Below are positions 11,368-25,189 of a stretch of DNA of 64,000 nt, piece by piece (positions within the stretch are counted from its first letter, which is position 1; every line of letters begins with the position of its first letter). Under the pieces are notes generated by a model. The model worked only from the letters and a program-made list of their open reading frames with translations, did no database searches and was not told the origin of the DNA. A program made the translations under genes and the position numbers. Origin of the DNA: Toensbergia leucococca (Eukaryota); the NCBI GenBank assembly GCA_022813965.1, contig JALDZS010000103.1, positions 1 through 64,000 of the forward strand, written 5' to 3'.

Positions 11368-13188
11368 CTTTGAAAATGCCGTGAAAGTTCAATCACGGTA
11401 TTACAAGAGACAAGCCTTGCGATACGATATAAGACAACAAGCCGCAAGACTTCATAAGAAAAAAGGTCAGCATAGGAATAGAAATGATTGTGGATAATTA
11501 AGATGGTTAAAGTATGTCCACAGATGGCTCATACTGAAATTGGTCTGCACAAATGCCCCTCTTGAGCAACTCATCAGGAAAAGAAGCAACAGGATAGAGT
11601 GGATGCAACGATAAGGTGTACCACACTCATTTAGAAAGATGCATAATTTGGGCTGCATGTGCCACGATGACGCTCCACGTTTGCGCAATATCTGCAAGAC
11701 AGAAAGAGTAGTGTGGGTGGCGCCGTTCCCAGGTAGAGACGTGTGGGGAGATCTGGCCATCACACTGGCCATTCTTACGGAAGAGAAGCCCCGTCCAGAC
11801 TCCAGGGAACGGCCCGGGCTTCCATTTGCCATTTGGTGTAACGTCGGAGCTGAAGCCAAGACATTTCCCCTGTGAGGTACAGTCGAGAGTTCCTCGATTG
11901 GATCGCGATTGAGGACATGCAACAAGCTCGAATATCCTCAACGGTAAATTGCATTTCATCAATATTCTAGCGTTGATGTAGTGCAGGCCTTGTTCATCAG
12001 TGCCTCCCCACCTCTTTACCTCTTATCTCGCAATTCAAGACACTGTTTTCCAAATATGAAATTCTGGCCATCCCAGATCCCCGTCACTACAGACAAAGAG
12101 CTATCAATTGGTCGTGCGACACAGCCGATCATTGGGGTGGTGCCATAGAAGTAGCCGTTGATGATGCGCAGATGGTGATGATCAGATAATTGCATCCATC
12201 AAGGAACACTCTCATTTCGTTTCAGCTTGAAAATCATGTCCTCGGAAGAGTTCTCCTCGCCAAACCTACAGTAAATCAGAATAAGTTGTCCAAGGTGACG
12301 GTAGCCTTCTAGGAGAACACATTTAAGCCTCTTTTTAGTCCTCTCAGGGCTTTGCAAGCGGCAACACGACATCGTGCCGAATCTTTGGCCTTTGAAGTAG
12401 CCCTAATCACCGAAAATTGTGTTATACGTGCTCTAATCGTACAGTAAGATGATCTTCATTCGCCACCTTTCCCAAAAATGCCCAAACCCTCAGATGTTAG
12501 CTCCCACCGCGAAGGTCCCTCGCCCACTGGCACCACTCTTCATCAGCCTCCGCCTCCTAGACCTTCTCCTCCAATACCGTATCCTAACCTATCACGCGCT
12601 CTCATCTCCCTTCTCCTCCCTAATGAGGTTCATTAAACCGTCCCTAGCGTAGATACGTCCGCCGTGTTGAGACTAGTACAGTGAATGAAGCTGAGTGGTG
12701 TGGGAACGCTTGCAGCCATTTGCAAAAGCTTTTCAATACGACATGAGTACAGCACTCTATGTTCATAGACGGAACGTATATTGATTAGCAGAATGGAAGA
12801 TTACTGGTACAGCATAGGAAGTTCTCCAGCATCCCTTGATGTAAGTAACCGCGATGCCTTAGGACGGGATCCAATCCGCTTTGAAACGGACACAGGCATG
12901 ACTTCGGCTTCGATATAAACGCAAATTAGGCAAAGTAGGCGGAACGGGAAGGAAGCGTTGACGACATCATGCTATTGGCTCATCAATACTTTACACTAAT
13001 AGCTGACCTTTGCCTAACCTGAATTTAATGCCTGCACCTGAAAAGCATTCCCTAACCTCCCTTCATCAAGGACTTACCTTGGCAACTAAATCCCCATCCA
13101 CACGCACAGTGCACTAGCCCTTGGAGCCAGACACTCCTCCCTAAACCCGGAGTTTCGCAAAACATTAAATTCTATTGAGTTGCTCGTT

Positions 13189-14566
13189 CTAGAGCTCATT
13201 CCCCTGTTGAAGTAGCGGCTTTGCCGCCGCCGCCTTCTCCCCATCAAATCTCCAAACGCCACCCGTCTTGTCGCTCTCAATTCTTTCTCCAATCGGTTTT
13301 GCTAGTGTGTCAAAAACACCGCCACTCTGCATCCTCGTGAAGAATCTTCGTTCCCATTCCCGTCCCTCACTTTGCTCTTTCCGCCTGAGTTCCCGCTGGG
13401 CATTCTCAATCTTGCTCTTTTCTACGCTTGTAGTGTCCAAGTCTCCTCGGATGATGGCTTCGGCGACACGCTTCCATGCTTTATGGGATTCGTAGTCGTC
13501 TTGCTGATCTAATGGCGCAAGTGTCAATGGAGTTGTTTTAGAAGTGCGCGCGTTGTAAGTATCTATGACCTCTCCTCCGCTGCTATTGCCAAAGTGTTTT
13601 TTACTGCTGCCGCCACCTTCGCGAATCGTGAAGCTTTCAGTCCATTGACCCTCGATGGTATAGAGGACGTCTTTCTCTTTCCCCGCAGGGTACAGGGTTG
13701 CGATGAAGGAGTTTTTCTTGCCTGAAAGCCAACCTTTGCCAGAATAGTCGATTTTGCCGACGAAGCCCGAGGAAGACGAAATGTAGGTGCATTTATTGAG
13801 TTCGACAAATGGAGAGCCGTAAATGAGGCCTTCAATGTGGAGGGCGGGGAGGGTGATGAGGTAGGTCTCATTGAAGTGGGAGAGGGTGAGGAGGGCATGA
13901 CCGATTTGTTTTACGTGAATGGTGCGGGAAAAGGAAGCTTTTTGGGCGTTGTAGCCTTCGAGCTAGGGATTATCAGGAGTGTTGAGGAGAGTGGGGTGAA
14001 TGGCTTACTTTTACACCGTGCTTGTCATTCCAAATGCAGTAAGCTGTGACTGGAGGGTGATGGCTAATAATACGTTGGATTTGATCTGAGAGTCAGGATA
14101 ACATCTGGGAAAGCCATACCTGACTTGCTCGGACACTAGCTGCGTTGTGCCAGCTTCATCCTCCCAACGCCCCAGGAACATTTCTCCAAGAAATGGATTT
14201 AACGGCTTCTTCTCTGAACCAAGCTTTTCACTTCGGCTACTGTAAGATTGCTTCAAAGTACTTAGGAACCATTTCAAAACCAGTAGGGCACGCTTTGCAG
14301 GGTCTTGCTCGGAAGCGGGTGCAACGAAGATAGAAGGGTGCTCGGTCCAGTATGCGGAGAATTCGGTGAGAGAAATGGTGCCTAAGATAAAGGGAGGGGC
14401 CGTCATTGAAGAGAGATCGCCATTGAAAGATGCGATAGACTACGAGTCGTATCAGTAAACGTCGGCGATTAATGCAGTGGAGGCCATGTACCTTGAGGAA
14501 TGCAGTCCAGGAGCCTTTATTCTGGGGTGCAACACCAGGACAGTCATCTTTAGAGGAGGAAGACAT
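13189..14566 (-). CDS. KES1: Oxysterol-binding protein KES1/OSH4 family
   Basis: [45 protein letters not shown] signature restored across an intron, [12 protein letters not shown]; 3 introns. Confidence 0.93.
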
Positions 14567-14967
14567 GTTGATACTGGTAGTAGATGGAGATGGTAGCAAT
14601 GAATTTGGCGTGAGCCCTGAAAAAAGTGTGAATGCTATCTAATGATGTCTCGACCTTGGTCTGGGAATTTCGGTGGCGGGCGGCACACAATCTCAACACC
14701 GCGTCATTGGGCAGGGCGCGGTCAACGGCAACTTAAATCATCAGAATGCGCATCGCGAATTGCGCAATGAATCCCATTACTTGCATGGTCATGCTTAGAA
14801 CTACTCAATCAGTATTTTAAGTAATGGTTAGGTCCCTTTACTTATTCAGCAATTTCACCGCGGCCGATTCTCTCGCAGCAGTCGTCAGTGATCTTATCAT
14901 CAATCCTCCTACCACCAAAGCAATATCCGCTTTTTGTACCATCCAGATTCCGTTTTCCATGCTAGAA

Positions 14968-16781
<1,814 letters not shown>

Positions 16782-17058
16782 TTTGAGATTGTTATGTATG
16801 CCGAATAATTCCAAGTAGGTAAAAAGGCCAATTAGCTGAAGAAGAAGAGGAAAGAGAGGTTTAAGAAAAAGTGTTGTAGGCTGATTTCAACGAAAGTGGG
16901 GCTGAAGCTAGAATAGAACTATTCTAGCGAACCTCGGGGACTCCTGGCGGCGCATGCAAGGTTGCCGGGATTCATCACAAACACTGCAGAAGCACTCGAC
17001 TGAAGAGGCAATTGCGAATATTGAAACCTGATAATATGTCCGACCGGATCAGCCACTT

Positions 17059-17681
17059 TTATGCGCGTTCCCCAACGAAGAAGGCCCTTTGGTAAAACTT
17101 GGCTTCTTCAATACTCTCCAAGATGTCCTCCTTTGCCTGATGAAGCAATTGCTTTTTCGGTACCTGCATCAAAGCCTCTTCATTCGCCCAGCGCCTCGCC
17201 GCTTCTTTGATTGAACTAACATCAAAGATACGGTAGTGGAGATGGTCAACGATGATATTGTATGGTGGCTTGCTGAGAAATGCTTTATCCATGTGCACAC
17301 TGTTGCCAGCTAGAAGACCTTTCCCCGGCTGAGGCACAAGCCTCCGAATGTAGCTGTGTAAGAGAACAGCAGCTTCCTCTGGCGTTGTCTTTGACGCAAT
17401 TGACATGGCGGTGAGACCGGAAGCGCCATGGGTCCTGATACACCATTGGTTCATGCCGTCTAAAGTAACTTTATCGTGGTGGATCACTGCCTCGCAGCCT
17501 CCGTGGTCGATGAGGTCGAGCTTTGAATCGGTAATGAAGCACGCGATTGAGATGATGGTGTCTTTTTCGACATCTAATCCAGTCATCTGAATACTGTGAG
17601 CAACCACTCCACGCCAAGGGTCTTCGTGCGCACCTCGCAGTCAATCCACACCAGGGGATCAGTGCATCTAGTGGTCGACAT
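17059..17681 (-). CDS. REX2: Oligoribonuclease (DEDDh 3'-5' exonuclease, REX2/Orn)
   Basis: DPLVWIDCE|MTGLD restored across one intron; LAGNSVHMD, LHYRIFDVSSIKE, HQAKEDILESIEE. Confidence 0.92.
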
Positions 17682-17877
17682 CTTCACTTAGAATATCCTT
17701 CCTCCTGCAGTCGTGTCGCAATCACAAAAAGAAACCAATCGGCTTTCGATTTTCTCAACGTGGAAGCAACACTCGCCTAGACTGCTCACTTTCTGGCCAC
17801 ACCACTTTAGACTGAATTCCTCGCTCGATTTGGCAGTCCCTGGGTTACCTGAAGTAACAAAAATTGAATGTTTTTTG

Positions 17878-19563
17878 ATGAGCCGCACCCTCATGGCAAC
17901 TCACTCTTCCGCAGATCGTTGCTTGGCAACGAAAGGCATTCATGAGGTTTTCAAACATTGTAGGCCTGATATAAACTGTCCTAAATTATTGATCATTGGT
18001 GCCGGCGCTCGTGGCAACGCCTATGCTCGTGCCGTTACCGAATCCGCCAATGGAAGAATCACAGCTGTTGCTGATCCAATCCGATTCAAGCGAGATGCAT
18101 TGGGAAAAAAGTATATATGGTCTGATGAGAAGCCTGCATACTATCAGTCTTTCGACGGGTGGAAGGACTTCCTACAGTATGAAAGTCACCGAAGGAAGCA
18201 AGCAGATCAAGGAGAGAAGGTGGCACCGGGAATTGATGGGGTATTCATCTGTACCCTAGATGAAATGCATGCAGAGATAATTCTAGCTTTGACACCTCTT
18301 AACCTGCACATCATGAGTGAAAAGCCATTAGCAACGACCTTAATCGATTGCCTAAAGATCTACCGGTCCTTGCAACCCAAAGACACAGAGTCCCCCCGGG
18401 CCATCTTCTCAATTGGTCATGTTCTTCGCTATAGTCCACACAACATTCTGCTTCGGAGATTACTCTTGGTAGACGATGTCATTGGAGATGTTATATCTAT
18501 TGAGCACACAGAACCTGTAGGGTGGTGGCACTTTTCTCATAGTTATGTCAGGTAAGTAAGGTATCTTCCAAAGTGGATTTCGCTTGAGCTAAGGGTTCAC
18601 AGAGGAAATTGGCGAAAAGAGTCGAAGACAGCACCGTCACTATTGACAAAGTGCTGTCATGACATTGATCTATTGCTATGGCTACTATGTTCCCCAGCGA
18701 ACCCACTGTCAGCAAAGCCACCTCATCATCCCAGTCAGGTAACTTCTACAGGCGCTCTGATATATTTTAAGAAGTCACGCAAACCAGTCTTTGCCGGAGA
18801 TGCTACGAATTGCATGTCATGCCCTGTAGAGAAAGAATGCATGTATAGCGCTAACAAGATCTATAACGACGCTCATCTAGCCAAAGGAAATGCTGGATGG
18901 CCTGTCCATGTTGTAGACCCCGAGATCGAGGACTGTCTTTTAACGATTGGGAAAGACGCGGCACTGGCTAAATTGAGTGAACGGTTGATAGAGGACTACG
19001 ACAATAGTACACCACAGGCTGAGATTGATAATCGCCCTTGGTTTGGCAGATGCGTATATGAGTCGGATAATGATGTATGTGACGACCAGGTGGTCACGAT
19101 AACCTGGGAAGACGATCCTCTTCCGAACCAGGAGAATTTGAACTTAGTAACACAATTGAAAGGCAGAAGCGCAAAGACAGCAACTCTTCATATGATTGCA
19201 TTCACTGAGAAGCAATGCGAGAGAAGAGGCAGAATATATGGTACTCGAGGCGAAGTGGAATACGACAGCAAGACGATTAAAGTTCATGACTTTGCGAGTC
19301 AGCAGACACAGACCTATTACCCACGCCAGGCCGGCGGTGGACATGGAGGGGGGGATGATGGACTTGCACAGCAGTATCTCAAGGCTATCAATGCGGTAAA
19401 GAACGAAGGTGTAGATGTAGAAGATGCACAGAAGACATATATTGGCTGTACGCTTGAGGAGGTGATCCGAAATCATGCCATGGTATTCGCGGCAGAGGAG
19501 GCTCGGAAAGAGAAGAAAGTGGTCAATTGGAAAGAATGGTGGCAATCCAACATGATGATCTAG
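17878..19563 (+). CDS. Gfo/Idh/MocA family NAD(P)-dependent oxidoreductase
   Basis: IIGAGARG Rossmann motif, HIMSEKP, GHVLRYSP, HSYV|RGNW, TKCCHDID, GGHGGGD; intron 18552-18602. Start could be 17878 or 17893. Confidence 0.88.
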
Positions 19564-20620
19564 GTAGATGGTACTCATTGTCAACGTACCATAGGTGTAT
19601 CATATATGTATGTGAAGGACGAGCATGAGGCACTCTACTAATTGAGAAGTTGTGAGTTGGCCGAGGGGTGAATAGATAGGGTTTTTCAATGAGAACCCTA
19701 ATTCGAAAAGCAAAAATGAAATCCGGCATGCGACCAAGCAAACGAGCATGACCTAGACGATGATCAGGGTACGCGGTCAGGCCAATAATTGATAACAACT
19801 GTGTATGACTCTTTCATGTCTGAAGTGCTCAATGGCTCGAGGGATCTCGGCAGTCACCCCTAGCTTAGACTCTGTCCAGCCAATCAGCGCGTTGGGTCCA
19901 TGTCAAGCTCTTTTACGCGCCCAATCTCAACCTCACCTCTTGACCACCAGAGCAAGCGCTAAAACCCTACAGAATAGTCGCTGTTGCTCTGTGAGAACCG
20001 CTTCAATTGCCCTCATGATTCTATATATGGCCGGCGGTTGGCAATATGAAACTATTCCAAACTCTCATCAATATCCTATCTCCCTTGTCTGAGCATCCGC
20101 CAGACTGCTAACAATTTGGAGTCTGAAGAAGCCGAAAAACTTCAAAGTCACCGAAATAGCTTGTACATTGAACACGCTCCATCTTGACGCGCGACATCGA
20201 TGGCCTCGGGGAACCCTATGTTTCAAAGTCCACATCTGCCCTCAATTACTCTCTTTCCATGCCCAATTCTAGATACTTTCCCCATGTTTCAAATGTCCTT
20301 CTTCCTGATTCCTACAATGGCTTCGTTAATGTGTTTCATAACTTGTTGTGCACCAGAGCGTGCTTGTGGAGAATAAGTATTGTCTTCATTGCCATGATCT
20401 TCTCTTTCCGTGCTTCAGTATTGATTGCTGGATCAAACAACCGTCGCGAGACTTTACCTTTTTTTATACCCACGTTATAGAATTTTGATAGGAGCTGGTC
20501 TCCCGTAACATTCGGCGCAAGCTTCATCAGTTCTAGGAACTTCACACGCGTGAGCTATTGCCTCGTACCTGTTGGTCCTTTACTAATTAATTCCTCTAGA
20601 GTCTAGAATATCAAGAAATA

Positions 20621-22249
20621 ATGCCTCTCGAACAATACCACTACCGACCTGCTACTCCTCCATCAGAGCCTCTAGCTCTATTCAATGAAAGCGCTCATAG
20701 CCGCAACACTTCTGGTTCTTCTCTGTGGTCTCTCGACTCCTCGCCTGACTCTGTCGATACTCATGTCACAACCCCCAGTCGCTCGCCAGCCAGACAGCAT
20801 GGGCCTAAGCTTCTTCCCAAGCTTCGAATGCAAGACCAGAGTGTCGAGCATACAAATAAGGGGATCAAACTTCATCGGCGGGCTCTCTCGAGCACTTGCA
20901 ATCCGCCTGGGCATGCTTTACCCACAAGGCCAACCCCATCCCGGAGCACTACCAGCCCGCCTGAATGCATCTCTCTTCTAACTCCTATCTCGGCCACATC
21001 TATGTTCAGTTCTCGCCCAAGTTCCACATTGAATTCGCCTATCGCATTCAATCCCTCCTACTCAAAGAAATCCACCAGTCACTCACGGTCCATATCTGCT
21101 TCTGACATTGACGATGCAACATTGCGCCGTTTCGGGTACCCAACTTATCGCAGTCTGCCAGCATATATAACCGGCGCTCATTATAGTGCTTCTGTCATTC
21201 CGGGGTCTTCGACTTTTGTACCACCCCCGCCACAAACTCGGCCACAGCCACAGTGTTACAATCTGCCTGAGGAGCTACAATTTCCTACAGAGGATGCCCC
21301 TTCCATGACACTGAACGAATATCTGACTGGGCCGAATCCGCCTGTCAATTTGGTTGGACAAGATAGTGGTTGTATAGGACGAGGCATCCATCCTCATTCT
21401 TGGTGGGATATTCGTAATTTGCGAAAGTGGGAAGACTTTACGCTTGAAACAATTCACGCGATCCCAGGAGTTCCTCGCTTCTCAAATCTCCTAAGCATTG
21501 CTGTACCAGCGGTAGCTCTACCAATACCCAACATCCCTCAGTCTCGTTTACAACCAGATTCAGAAGCTGCTCTACAAGACGTCTGTCGAGATTTTTACGC
21601 GGCAAAAGTCAATGCCGCTTTGAAGATGTCTCAGGGCCATTTCAACCACATTACGATGCGCGCTGAAAGGTTGCGAGATGGCCCGAACTTTGTTTCCAAT
21701 TACCAAAATGACATTGAGAAGACGCTTGCCGGGAACGGTCGCGGCCGTGTCGTCGGTATTGTGAAGTCATTCGATGGCTGGAACACGAGTATGCGTCATG
21801 AATCACCAGGTCGGAAGGTTTTGTACTTGTTGGGACTCTCTCATCTTCATCGATACATGCGCGAACATTCCTGCCGCTACGGCTTCATCATCACGGAAAT
21901 CGAGCTTGTTTGCGTCCGCGCTGGCACGGATGACATACCCTACTTTGGATTTCTGGAGCTTGCACCGACGATTGAAATGAAAACGCAAGAAGGACTTACG
22001 GCATGCATGGCGCTGTGGTATTTACACATGTTGGCTAAAGAGGAGCCTTTGCCGGGACAGTGTGGATGGAGGTTGGAGGTGGGGGCACCGGTGGCGATGA
22101 CACGAATGCATGTGATGGAGGAGAAGGATCAGTGGATCCCGGACCCACAAATTTCAGAGAAGAGGGTTGCTAAGACGGTGAGGGGCTGGGTCATGCCAGG
22201 TGATCCGTGGAATAAGAAGAAGGAAGGGGGCAAAGTGTGGAACAAGTAG
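20621..22249 (+). CDS. Conserved fungal protein (family often labelled 'sialidase'): Ser/Pro-rich N-terminus plus a C-terminal restriction-endonuclease-like domain
   Basis: Single 542-aa ORF with WWDIRNLRKW, GPNFVSNY, GRVVGIVKSFDGWN and LHRYMREHSCRYGFIITEIELVCVR. Confidence 0.75.
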   Translation: MPLEQYHYRPATPPSEPLALFNESAHSRNTSGSSLWSLDSSPDSVDTHVTTPSRSPARQHGPKLLPKLRMQDQSVEHTNKGIKLHRRALSSTCNPPGHALPTRPTPSRSTTSPPECISLLTPISATSMFSSRPSSTLNSPIAFNPSYSKKSTSHSRSISASDIDDATLRRFGYPTYRSLPAYITGAHYSASVIPGSSTFVPPPPQTRPQPQCYNLPEELQFPTEDAPSMTLNEYLTGPNPPVNLVGQDSGCIGRGIHPHSWWDIRNLRKWEDFTLETIHAIPGVPRFSNLLSIAVPAVALPIPNIPQSRLQPDSEAALQDVCRDFYAAKVNAALKMSQGHFNHITMRAERLRDGPNFVSNYQNDIEKTLAGNGRGRVVGIVKSFDGWNTSMRHESPGRKVLYLLGLSHLHRYMREHSCRYGFIITEIELVCVRAGTDDIPYFGFLELAPTIEMKTQEGLTACMALWYLHMLAKEEPLPGQCGWRLEVGAPVAMTRMHVMEEKDQWIPDPQISEKRVAKTVRGWVMPGDPWNKKKEGGKVWNK

Positions 22250-22785
22250 TTGAAGTCAATCAATGCGTCAGATACCTAAATTTGCTCCGTGACCCGATTC
22301 AACAAGCATCTAATGTCATGTCGGAAGTCTGGCGGCCTAAATGTGAGCATAGATTCGAATGGAAGTTGTCGTCGCAGGGACTTGGACTGTTGAACACGGT
22401 TGATGTTGAATCCTAGTGTCATGAAAACTAGAAGGTAAAGTACCGTATTCTGATTCTGCATAGGTAGCTAGACGTGGTGACGTATCTGACGTGACTATTG
22501 AAGGCACCAGTGTTGTTCGACCTGCAAGATCAGAAGTCGGGGATCGATAAGGACAGGTAGGATTGAGGGATGGATCGACTAATGGGTAAGGAAGCGCTCT
22601 TCCAATTGGCGACGACGGTAGCGGCAGACACGTCAACATCTTTTCCTGCACGAGAGCCGCATCAGCGAGCGTGTGATAATCCTCGTCATGCCAGAATCTG
22701 ACCAGGACTGTTCACAGCGACAGGCCATGCGTGCGAGATTGCCAGCATCATCAACACTGAGGCCGGTGGATGAACATTGTGAGCG

Positions 22786-24842
22786 ATGGCCCTCATCGCC
22801 GTGGCCGAGTCCGCCCAGGACATGGCGGCGGCATTCCACAAGTTTCTCGATCCCGTTCCGGAGTCGGCGGCGGAAATTAACGGCTTGCTGTCGGAGCTTT
22901 ATGCCATTAGCTCAGCCTTGCGAGATCTGAACACCGCCATCGCCGTTAGTCTGCACAACCCGAGATACTCGTTGATTTCCGACCATGTTCGAGACTCCAT
23001 CAAGAGCCTCCGCTACACTATCGATGACGTTCGGCGTCTGATCGCTGGCTTGAGGAGGCCCATCTACCTCTCCGACTCCGCCGCTTATCGTGGTGTCTGG
23101 AGAGAAATTAGTCTCTATTTCCAAAATGAAAGTAGTACTTCTCTTTGCCTCCGACTAGAATTCTACAGAAGGTTCTTCCATAGCCTTCTGCGCATCCTTG
23201 AAGGGTCAGTAGTCCATCGACCTTTTACCTAGCGCACTCTAATATGAGCGTAGATTACCCGTCGATCGTAGGGAGTTCAACTCTCTGCAAGATCGTATTG
23301 ATGGACTGCTCAGTGTTCAAAACACGAGCACGAGACTCGAAGATGAATTGGCTGGCATGCACCTTGGAAATCCTGGTGCGTTCCGAAAATCCAACTTGCC
23401 ATTCCGGCAGGTAGCCATTTGTCACCAAAGATCAATGCATTAACCTGCAAGGCCTGCAGAACCACCGAGACGATCATTCGAACGGCCAAGACCTCTAAAT
23501 GACCCGCCCTCGCCAGAGTCACCCATCTTCCAACACAGAGGTGGAGGGGGCCGGAGGCCCGATCCCAGGTCGCCTCTATCTCCAGGCTTCGATCAGAACC
23601 CCTTTGGCGCTCCCTTTGCCCCTGAAGTACCCCTTTCTCCCACAACAGCAAGCACTTTCTCTACCCAGTCTTCGAGCAACAATTCAGTTCTCACCCACTG
23701 GGTCCCAAGAGTATTTGATCAAAGCAGATCCACTACCCCGTTCCGAACCATAGGCCAAACGTCAGTTTTTTTTTTTTTGAATATTTCAATCGCTGCGAGA
23801 TTCACGTCTGACTGCGGTCCAGCTCTGCATGCTTTGGTACCGATATGCCCAACGTCAGTACAAAATTAGCCGAAGAGTATGACAAGCTTCAGGAATTGTA
23901 AGTACCTAGGCAGTGACAGCTCAGAAAACCATGTACTAATGATACAGACCCTTCGAAAATAGCGAACTAATCATACGCTTGTATTTCCGGCCGTCAGACT
24001 CGCGAGCTAGGATCCATTGCAGAACCTCACGCCCTAACCGACCCCGAATGCAGTGCTGCCTTCCCTTGACATCTTTGGAAGTATTCCGAGTCGACTCATG
24101 TTTGCAATTATGTCGACCGAGCCATTCGAGAAGAACGTTTCAATTGTGGACGGCCTTGAGGTTTATTAGTTATGAAAGTTTGTGACCTTCTTCCTTTCAT
24201 GCTCATGGATTGACTTGACTGAGCTGAATTGTTGGTCACAGGAATGATACTCTTTTTTTGTACTTTTATCGCGTTGAAGGCACAAGATGCTGGCGATCCC
24301 GTACAAATTACTGATCACGAGCTTCGTGGCGAAGATTTACAGTGGAGCGGGTACGTACCTTCCCGGATGCCTACACCGCTATGCATACTAACGTCAATCA
24401 AGGATCATTCTCGACGACCATTATGAGCATGCGTTGAGATTGTTCAAAGACCGAGACTCCGGCGGCTTGCGTCTGCAAGCTTCCATTGAAAGTGGCGAGC
24501 TCAATAAGTACTATCTCCGAGCCTGCGTCTTCGATTTGAAAGCTGACTCTGCCAAGAACGCCCGTCTGGACTGCCTTTATAACCCATAATGTGTCCTCGC
24601 CATCATGGATGTGGCAAGCTGCACGTAAAATCGTTCATCTTGCCGATCTACAGCGCTACATATTCACCACTGAATATACTCCGCGATTGGGGCCAGGAGG
24701 GGAACATGAACTGCGATTTCTTCACTCAAATGGTACGTAGCTTCACTTGACATTAGGGTTTCTACAGTCCGTGCTAAAATGCTATGAAGATGCAATCACG
24801 TTTATGGAACGCATCGACATCCTTGCAGCTGAGCAAGTCTGA
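22786..24842 (+). CDS. Conserved Pezizomycotina hypothetical protein: helical N-terminus, Pro/Ser linker, probable tandem PH-like C-terminal domains; ~9 exons
   Basis: A chain of GT-AG introns with branch sites links MALIAVAESAQDMAAAF... to ...DAITFMERIDILAAEQV-stop (TGA 24840-24842). The first three and the last exon were checked in frame. Confidence 0.7.
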
Positions 24843-25189
24843 TGTTAAGCATGACTCGACGACAGTACTAACGACAACGACGACCATAATTACGATAACG
24901 ACGCATGATGATGATCAACGACTCTCCTGTCCGAGCCTAAAGTTAATACGCATAAGACATTGCACTCTGCTACCGATGGCAGATGCCCAATTCACCCAAG
25001 CCCACAAAATTCATGTATTCTGCACTCCTTACAGAATTGTACAGTTTCATATATTCCCCTCCATCAATCAATCAACCCAAAACTTCCTAAATACAGATTC
25101 ATTTCCATAGTAAATATACTGCCCTTTAATCACTTGCTTTCGTCCACCAGCTGGCGACTCAAAATGTTGACGCCATCTGCTTTTCTCTC

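Noticed and set aside
11400..13180. Telomerase RNA candidate (several CCCTAA words in a long intergenic gap)
   Set aside because: No full 1.5-repeat template such as TAACCCTAA, and no recognisable pseudoknot or CR4/5.
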